64,000 bases of DNA. Origin: an uncultured Chloroflexia bacterium (GTDB lineage Bacteria > Chloroflexota > Dehalococcoidia > GIF9 > UBA5629). The translations under genes and the position numbers were made by a program. Location of the stretch: assembly GCA_963754385.1 (NCBI GenBank), contig CAVWGE010000001.1, forward strand, positions 328,575 to 392,574, given 5' to 3'. Below are positions 59,097-64,000 of the stretch, one piece after another (positions within the stretch are counted from its first letter, which is position 1; each line of letters starts with the position of its first letter). The notes under the pieces are model-generated. The model searched no databases, was not told the origin of the DNA, and worked only from the letters and a program-made list of their open reading frames with translations.

Positions 59097-60053
59097 CTAA
59101 AAAAGCTGGACGATGACTTTTCCGAAGACAGGTCCGACGAAGTGGCGCATGAAGGGTAGAAAGCCCGAGCCATATTGTTTTGCCAACTCCTTGGAATAGT
59201 CCTTAAGGTAGTCGGCAAAAGTATGTCGCTGGAATTTAAGAAGTCTCTGTGATTTGGTTGTATCGTACCAGTCGAGATAATAAGGCTGTGTGGTGAACTT
59301 CCGAGCCGGCGGTATCGGCAATCCCAAAATTCCCATCATGGCGCGAATCATATCTTTGTATAGCATTCTTTGCTCGGGCCCGCCGCTGATGACTAGTATA
59401 TTTCTCTTTACCTTGTCGAAGTTTTTGATAGCATTTAATATCGCCGATGCGGTGTCGTTTGGGTGGCAGTATTCAACACGATTGTTCAGCGGAACGGTAA
59501 ACATTCGCCTGAGGTCACTTATTTTAAAGGATAAGTACATGGTTGCAGTGAGACGTAAGATTACATAGTCAATTCCTGATTCCTTAATGAGGTTTTCAGC
59601 TTGGAGCTTGGTCTCGCCGTAGGCTCCTTTGGGGGTGCACACATTTTTGTCGGGGCAGAGTGGTTTGGCGGCGTGGGGAGTAGGACCAAACGCGGCTACC
59701 GACGAAGTGAAAAGGAAAGGAATATTGCCACCTCTTTCTTTTATCAGGTCGACGATTATTCTGGTACCACCCACGTTGACCTTGGCGGCTAGTTCAGGTT
59801 TTTCGTATGCCACCGGCGGCAAGATGCCAGCCATGTGGACTATCGCATCTACTCCCTCTATTGCCTTCCGAACTGAATCGGGTCGTGTGATGTCACCCCA
59901 CAGAACCTCAGCTTTCCCGTTAAGTCCTTTGACACTCCTTCTGTTTCCGGAGGTGTCCAAATCAAACACGCGGACATGATACCCGTCTCGTAAGAAGGCT
60001 TTGCACACGGTTATGCCTAACCGGCCAGCTCCGCCTGTGATAAGTACTCGCAT
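59097..60053 (-). CDS. NAD-dependent epimerase/dehydratase (extended SDR) family protein
   Basis: Start at the ATG at 60053 (MRVLITGGAGRLG...), preceded by AAAGGAGAA. The ORF-track start at 60113 would overlap the upstream gene. Carries the Rossmann TGGAGxxG motif. Confidence 0.82.
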   Translation of the reverse strand: MRVLITGGAGRLGITVCKAFLRDGYHVRVFDLDTSGNRRSVKGLNGKAEVLWGDITRPDSVRKAIEGVDAIVHMAGILPPVAYEKPELAAKVNVGGTRIIVDLIKERGGNIPFLFTSSVAAFGPTPHAAKPLCPDKNVCTPKGAYGETKLQAENLIKESGIDYVILRLTATMYLSFKISDLRRMFTVPLNNRVEYCHPNDTASAILNAIKNFDKVKRNILVISGGPEQRMLYKDMIRAMMGILGLPIPPARKFTTQPYYLDWYDTTKSQRLLKFQRHTFADYLKDYSKELAKQYGSGFLPFMRHFVGPVFGKVIVQLF

Positions 60054-60070
60054 TTTATTCTCCTTTAGCT

Positions 60071-60946
60071 TTATTCGATGTCTGTCAGAGTTCTGACTGT
60101 CCAGCTTGTCCATTGGGAACGCAGGTTTCCTCTGAGAAGTGGTGTGGTGTGGAAACCGCCCTTAGCCAGAAGCAGTTCCTTAGGCTGACAAGCTGCCTCA
60201 TAAACGAGCGCAGATTTCTGATAGGGTGTCACCTTATCGCCTTCGCAAAAGACGAAGAGTTTAGAGCAGTCCTCCAGCTTTTGTAGTATCTCGGACATTC
60301 TCATCTGTGGGAAAGCTTCGGAGAATTTTTGCCAGTCAACGCGGACATTAAAGCGACCTAGGTACATCCAGCCTCTGCACATTAAGGCAGCGACACCCTT
60401 TAACCACGGAAAAGAGCCGTGTCTGGGATATTCGGCAACAGCGTTAGTATTCTGTCCCCATCGTCCTATATTGTTTGGCTCATCAGCTAAGAGTTGGCTA
60501 TCTACCTCAGGTGGGCAAGCTAAGGCAACCAGAGCCCGGGGATTGCTCACTCTTTTTGCAGCCATAATTATTGACATAGCTCCCAGACTGTGTCCGACGA
60601 GGCCCATCCGGTTGCTGTCCACTTCAGGGAGTTGAGATAGAAGACTCCAGGCGTCAACAACGTCTTCGGCCATTTTACCATCGGCGGCACCTTCGCTGGA
60701 GCCATGACCGCGGAAATCGAAGATAAGGGCAGCTATTCCCTGAGCCGCCATAGTCCGAGCACTAGCTTCCATAGCCCGGTGTCCAGCTCCAAAGCCGTGA
60801 CATAAGACAGCACCAGGCACAGGTTCATCTGCTTTCGAGTTTTTGGGAAGAAGAATTTTGCCCTTTAATTTCAGGCCATGACTACCAAAGACAATTGGGA
60901 ACTCTTTGATTTCAACTGCTTTTTCTTTATCCCTTTTGTTGAACAT
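60071..60946 (-). CDS. Alpha/beta hydrolase (dienelactone hydrolase/esterase-like)
   Basis: Carries HGFGAGH and the nucleophile elbow GHSLGAMS. 291 aa. Confidence 0.8.
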   Translation of the reverse strand: MFNKRDKEKAVEIKEFPIVFGSHGLKLKGKILLPKNSKADEPVPGAVLCHGFGAGHRAMEASARTMAAQGIAALIFDFRGHGSSEGAADGKMAEDVVDAWSLLSQLPEVDSNRMGLVGHSLGAMSIIMAAKRVSNPRALVALACPPEVDSQLLADEPNNIGRWGQNTNAVAEYPRHGSFPWLKGVAALMCRGWMYLGRFNVRVDWQKFSEAFPQMRMSEILQKLEDCSKLFVFCEGDKVTPYQKSALVYEAACQPKELLLAKGGFHTTPLLRGNLRSQWTSWTVRTLTDIE

Positions 60947-61123
60947 GTAAAACCCCTGCTGCTAAACAGTTAGTTAAAGTTTATACTACTGACTTCGCTC
61001 TGTAATCGAGAGGATGGCTGGTTTTGTGTTGAAAAGGGGGTTGAATTCAGCGTCAGGCCTTTTGATGATGCACGGTCATACTTTAGTATGACTGGGAGTA
61101 TTTCTCCTGTAATGGGAGCGGGC

Positions 61124-61921
61124 TTAAGGCCGAATTAAAAAGTTGATGAAGTCATTACCCCAGAATAACGTTACCATGGCGGCTAAGGACAGGAAAGGAC
61201 CGAAGGGTATGGCATCTTTTCGGCTTTTCAATTTGGATAGCAGCAGAATTGCAGCTGTTAAGCCACCGCTGATTATGGCTAAAAATATAGCTATAAAAAC
61301 AAATGGGAAGCCGGTGACCAGACCTATTAATGCCGCAAGCTTGACGTCTCCCCAACCCATGCCCCCGCGATAAAAGAGGGCTGGAAGAAGTAGCAGCACA
61401 AAGCCGATGCCGCCGCCGATAGCTGCATCGACAATCCAAAGACGAAAGCCCGCGTTGGCAATTTCCCTCGGTTCAAAGCCGAATATAGAGCCCAGAGCGG
61501 CTATAACTATGGCAAAAACCATTGCCGGGTAAACTATCTTATTCGGCAGTATGTTGTGCTCAAGGTCAATGAGCAAAAGGACAATGAACACGCAGCAGTA
61601 GAAGGCAACTAGTGCCAGTTCCCAGTTAAGTCCATAATGCCAGTATAAGAAGGCAAATAAAATTGCTGTGCCTAATTCTACCCAGAACAGACGCAGAGGA
61701 ATAGCTGCACCACAGTTGCGACAATGGCCTCTAAGCCAGAGATAGCTGAATATAGGGATATTATCTCTGGCGGGAATTTTGTACTGACATTCAGAGCAAT
61801 GCGATGGCGGTGAAATAATCGACTTGCCTGCCGGCAGACGGTCAGCAACTACATTGATAAAGCTGCCCAACACAGCGCCGAGCAAGAAGAACAGAGCTAA
61901 CCACAAAGCGGTCATTAGCAA
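61124..61921 (-). CDS. Prepilin (type IV leader) peptidase, A24 family
   Basis: Starts LGAVLGSFINVVADRLP, has a Cys-rich cytoplasmic loop (CSECQ...CRNCG), a catalytic Asp region and GWGDVKL. A TTG is at 61921. The ATG at 61915 is an alternative start with a TATAAT directly upstream. Confidence 0.85.
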   Translation of the reverse strand: MLMTALWLALFFLLGAVLGSFINVVADRLPAGKSIISPPSHCSECQYKIPARDNIPIFSYLWLRGHCRNCGAAIPLRLFWVELGTAILFAFLYWHYGLNWELALVAFYCCVFIVLLLIDLEHNILPNKIVYPAMVFAIVIAALGSIFGFEPREIANAGFRLWIVDAAIGGGIGFVLLLLPALFYRGGMGWGDVKLAALIGLVTGFPFVFIAIFLAIISGGLTAAILLLSKLKSRKDAIPFGPFLSLAAMVTLFWGNDFINFLIRP

Positions 61922-62145
61922 TATTATACCCCACTCTGATAATTATTTGGTGTAGCCACATCAGAAAAGCAAAAGTCAAAAGTTAAAAATCAAAATGACA
62001 TATAAAAAATGCAAAATTCATTACTGAGGTTTTCAGTCATGGAATTTGGGGTTTTGAATTCGTTTAGAGTTTAGAAATTCGGATTTAGGATTTCCTAATA
62101 TGTGGTCATGAGGTTATAGAACTTCACAACGATCGATGGCATTTT

Positions 62146-63045
62146 TTAATGCCTGCTCAGTTCGATTTTGTCGGCGATACCTTCCATAGCGTCCAGTATG
62201 AGAAGATGGTTACGAATTGGTTTCCCGACTCCTGTAATAATCTTGACTATTTCCTGGGCCTGCCATGCGGCAATCATTGCCGGTGTAGCTGATGGGTTGC
62301 CGATTTTCACTTCTATGCCCTGCTCAGGAAGGCTGTCAGAGTGACCATAAATGCAAGACAGCCCTGCATCTTCCGGAAAGATGCTCATTAGCTGTCCGAT
62401 GAAGCCGGCAATCGTTCCGTAGACATAGGGAATCCCTAAATCCCGGCAAGCTTTCTCAACTGCAAAACGTGATGACAAATTATCCAGTCCATCAGCCACT
62501 ACCTCGGCATCCTTGAGTAGCCTATGAGCATTCTCCTTGGTTAGTCTTTTTAAAGATGTCGTAACTTTGACTGCTGAGTTTATGTCCTTAACTCTTTTTG
62601 CCGCCGCGGTGGCCTTGTAGTCGCCCAGGTTCTTTTCTGTGGACATAAGTTGCCTGTTTAAATTCTGTTCGGCAAAACGGTCGTTATCAATAATGATAAT
62701 ATGCCCTATCCCTTGCCTGGCCAGTAGTTCTATTATAGTGCTGCCTAACCCACCTGCCCCCACTACAGCCACAGTTGACTGCAATAACTTTATCTGTCCG
62801 TCCAGGCCAATTGTGCCTGTATTACGGATATAACGCCAGGGGGTGATGCCCTGCTTTAAGGCGGCTATTTCTACCTCTCTAGTTGGGATTATCTGCACTT
62901 GAGCAATAGAATTCACAGCTTTCAGGTTGATGACAGTATATTTCTCGCCATCCGGGGCGACATATATCTCTGTAGATTCTGCGATATGCTGAATAATATC
63001 CTTGCCTCTCATGCCGCTTTTTCCGAAGGTATCTCTACTGCTCAA
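62146..63045 (-). CDS. ThiF/MoeB/HesA-family E1-like adenylyltransferase with a 55-65-aa N-terminal extension
   Basis: The canonical ThiF region starts at WRYIRNTGTIGLDGQIKLLQSTVAVVGAGGLGS. The N-terminal extra domain is (M)RGKDIIQHIAESTEIYVAPDGEKYTVINLKAVNSIAQVQIIPTREVEIAALKQG. TTG at 63045 or ATG at 63012. Confidence 0.78.
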   Translation of the reverse strand: MSSRDTFGKSGMRGKDIIQHIAESTEIYVAPDGEKYTVINLKAVNSIAQVQIIPTREVEIAALKQGITPWRYIRNTGTIGLDGQIKLLQSTVAVVGAGGLGSTIIELLARQGIGHIIIIDNDRFAEQNLNRQLMSTEKNLGDYKATAAAKRVKDINSAVKVTTSLKRLTKENAHRLLKDAEVVADGLDNLSSRFAVEKACRDLGIPYVYGTIAGFIGQLMSIFPEDAGLSCIYGHSDSLPEQGIEVKIGNPSATPAMIAAWQAQEIVKIITGVGKPIRNHLLILDAMEGIADKIELSRH

Positions 63046-63335
63046 GTTATTTTGTTACGTTCAGCCGGAGACCTTTAGGTATGGTATGGCAATATGATAG
63101 CAAAACGGGGCGAATTTGGCATCAAAGGCGAACTTAAATCGAAAGTTAAAAATCAAAATGACAGATGAAAATGTAAAAATTCGTTTTTTCCTCCTGTCAT
63201 TCTGCTTTTCCCCTTCTGTCATTCTGAGCGAAGCGAAGAATCTGGGCACGACCTTAAAATGTCGGTACTGTGCCAAATGACGGTAGGGGAGTAGTTTACA
63301 TAATGTTAAATAGCTAAAGACTGATGGTGGGATGC

Positions 63336-64000
63336 TTATTTTGTATTGCCTACCAATCGGTCAAATGCAGGGAGCAATATGTCTCTCTCCGGACTCTGGG
63401 CTAACTTGGCTCGCCATTCAGCAGCCACGCCGGGGAGAGCTTTTTTGAAAGATGGGCTTATAGTGGAGAGCCTTAAAATGGCGCGGAAAAGGTGTCCAGC
63501 ATCGCTATCCGGCACCCACAGCATAGCACTGTTGAATTCGTCGAGGCTCTTATCAACATTGTTACTGAACAAGCTGGTGACCCCGAGCATGGCATGGGCA
63601 GTCCAATCGTCAGGCGATTCCTGTGTGTAGATTTCCAAAGAATCTCTTAGCGGGTTTACCATGTCGTAAACAGCAAGATCAAGGCACAGGTCAATGAAGT
63701 AATCGAGATTGGCAGGGTTGTCCTGTATCGGCGCGGTAATCTTAAGCACAGCTTCGTCATGTTTTCCTTCCTTGGCTAGAAGAAGGCCGGAGAGGAATGA
63801 GGTCTCTGCCCAATCAGGGTCAATAGATGCCGCATAGTCAAGCTTTGTTTGCGCCTGGCTGAAGTCTCCTTTGATGATTAGGGCCAGCGACCACATATTC
63901 AATATAACGGCGTTACGAGGGATTAGCTGCGAAGCTTTGTCATACAGGGACAGAGCCATGGGCCATTTATCTACAGCCCCCTCATTTGCCCAATAGGTGT
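63336..64000 (-). CDS. TPR-repeat protein; N-terminus probably lies beyond the window edge
   Basis: The frame stays open from 63959 to the window end (…TYWANEGAVDKWPMALSLYDKA…). Contains TPR-like helical repeats. Confidence 0.55.
   Translation of the reverse strand, partial: TYWANEGAVDKWPMALSLYDKASQLIPRNAVILNMWSLALIIKGDFSQAQTKLDYAASIDPDWAETSFLSGLLLAKEGKHDEAVLKITAPIQDNPANLDYFIDLCLDLAVYDMVNPLRDSLEIYTQESPDDWTAHAMLGVTSLFSNNVDKSLDEFNSAMLWVPDSDAGHLFRAILRLSTISPSFKKALPGVAAEWRAKLAQSPERDILLPAFDRLVGNTK

Noticed and set aside
63061-63276. 71-aa Phe-rich ORF directly upstream of the ThiF-like gene, considered as a possible precursor peptide
   Set aside because: The F-rich composition comes from translating the AT-rich repeat motif. 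There is no RBS and no signature of any known precursor family. I kept it only as a remote possibility.
1-64000. Search for CRISPR arrays, IS elements, integrases and toxin-antitoxin or defence genes
   Set aside because: No direct-repeat arrays, transposase/integrase-like ORFs or nuclease/helicase defence modules were seen. The tRNA genes are not flanked by integrase-like ORFs.

Overview
The window is a 64-kb chromosomal segment, mostly housekeeping genes, at roughly 47-50% GC. No transposase, integrase or CRISPR array was seen. Gene order (infC-rpmI-rplT-pheS-pheT; proS-DUF4389-ispG-rseP-dxr-cdsA-frr-pyrH-tsf-rpsB; a pyr operon) and the short EF-Ts fit a Dehalococcoidia-like Chloroflexota genome, but that lineage call is inference only. 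Two tRNAs are present, tRNA-Asp(GTC) on the plus strand and tRNA-Pro(GGG) on the minus strand. Several cis-RNA elements are readable directly: a TPP riboswitch with a terminator upstream of thiC, a PyrR-binding attenuator upstream of pyrR, and an intrinsic terminator after the acyl-CoA dehydrogenase pair. The most unusual region is 24.9-37.7 kb. Two AMP-dependent CoA ligases flank a Liv-type ABC transporter and a three-gene module. That module encodes an HMG-CoA-synthase-like domain fused to a DUF35 Zn-ribbon/OB-fold, an SCP-x/archaeal-type thiolase and an SDR. The HMGCS-like domain appears to have lost its catalytic Glu and Cys by my alignment from memory, so it may be a non-catalytic scaffold. 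Other notable items are a tandem pair of acyl-CoA dehydrogenase homologs, two paralogous IPT/TIG-repeat surface proteins with a conserved C-terminal module, and a speH-like decarboxylase cotranscribed with agmatinase. There is also a GreA with an N-terminal extension, a MacAB-like exporter with a 590-aa membrane-fusion protein, a tandem GT4 glycosyltransferase cluster and a ThiF-like E1 with an N-terminal extension. The ORF track reports the longest ORF and translates TTG/GTG starts as M. I re-evaluated several starts, and the features use internal starts where an RBS or a paralog supports them.
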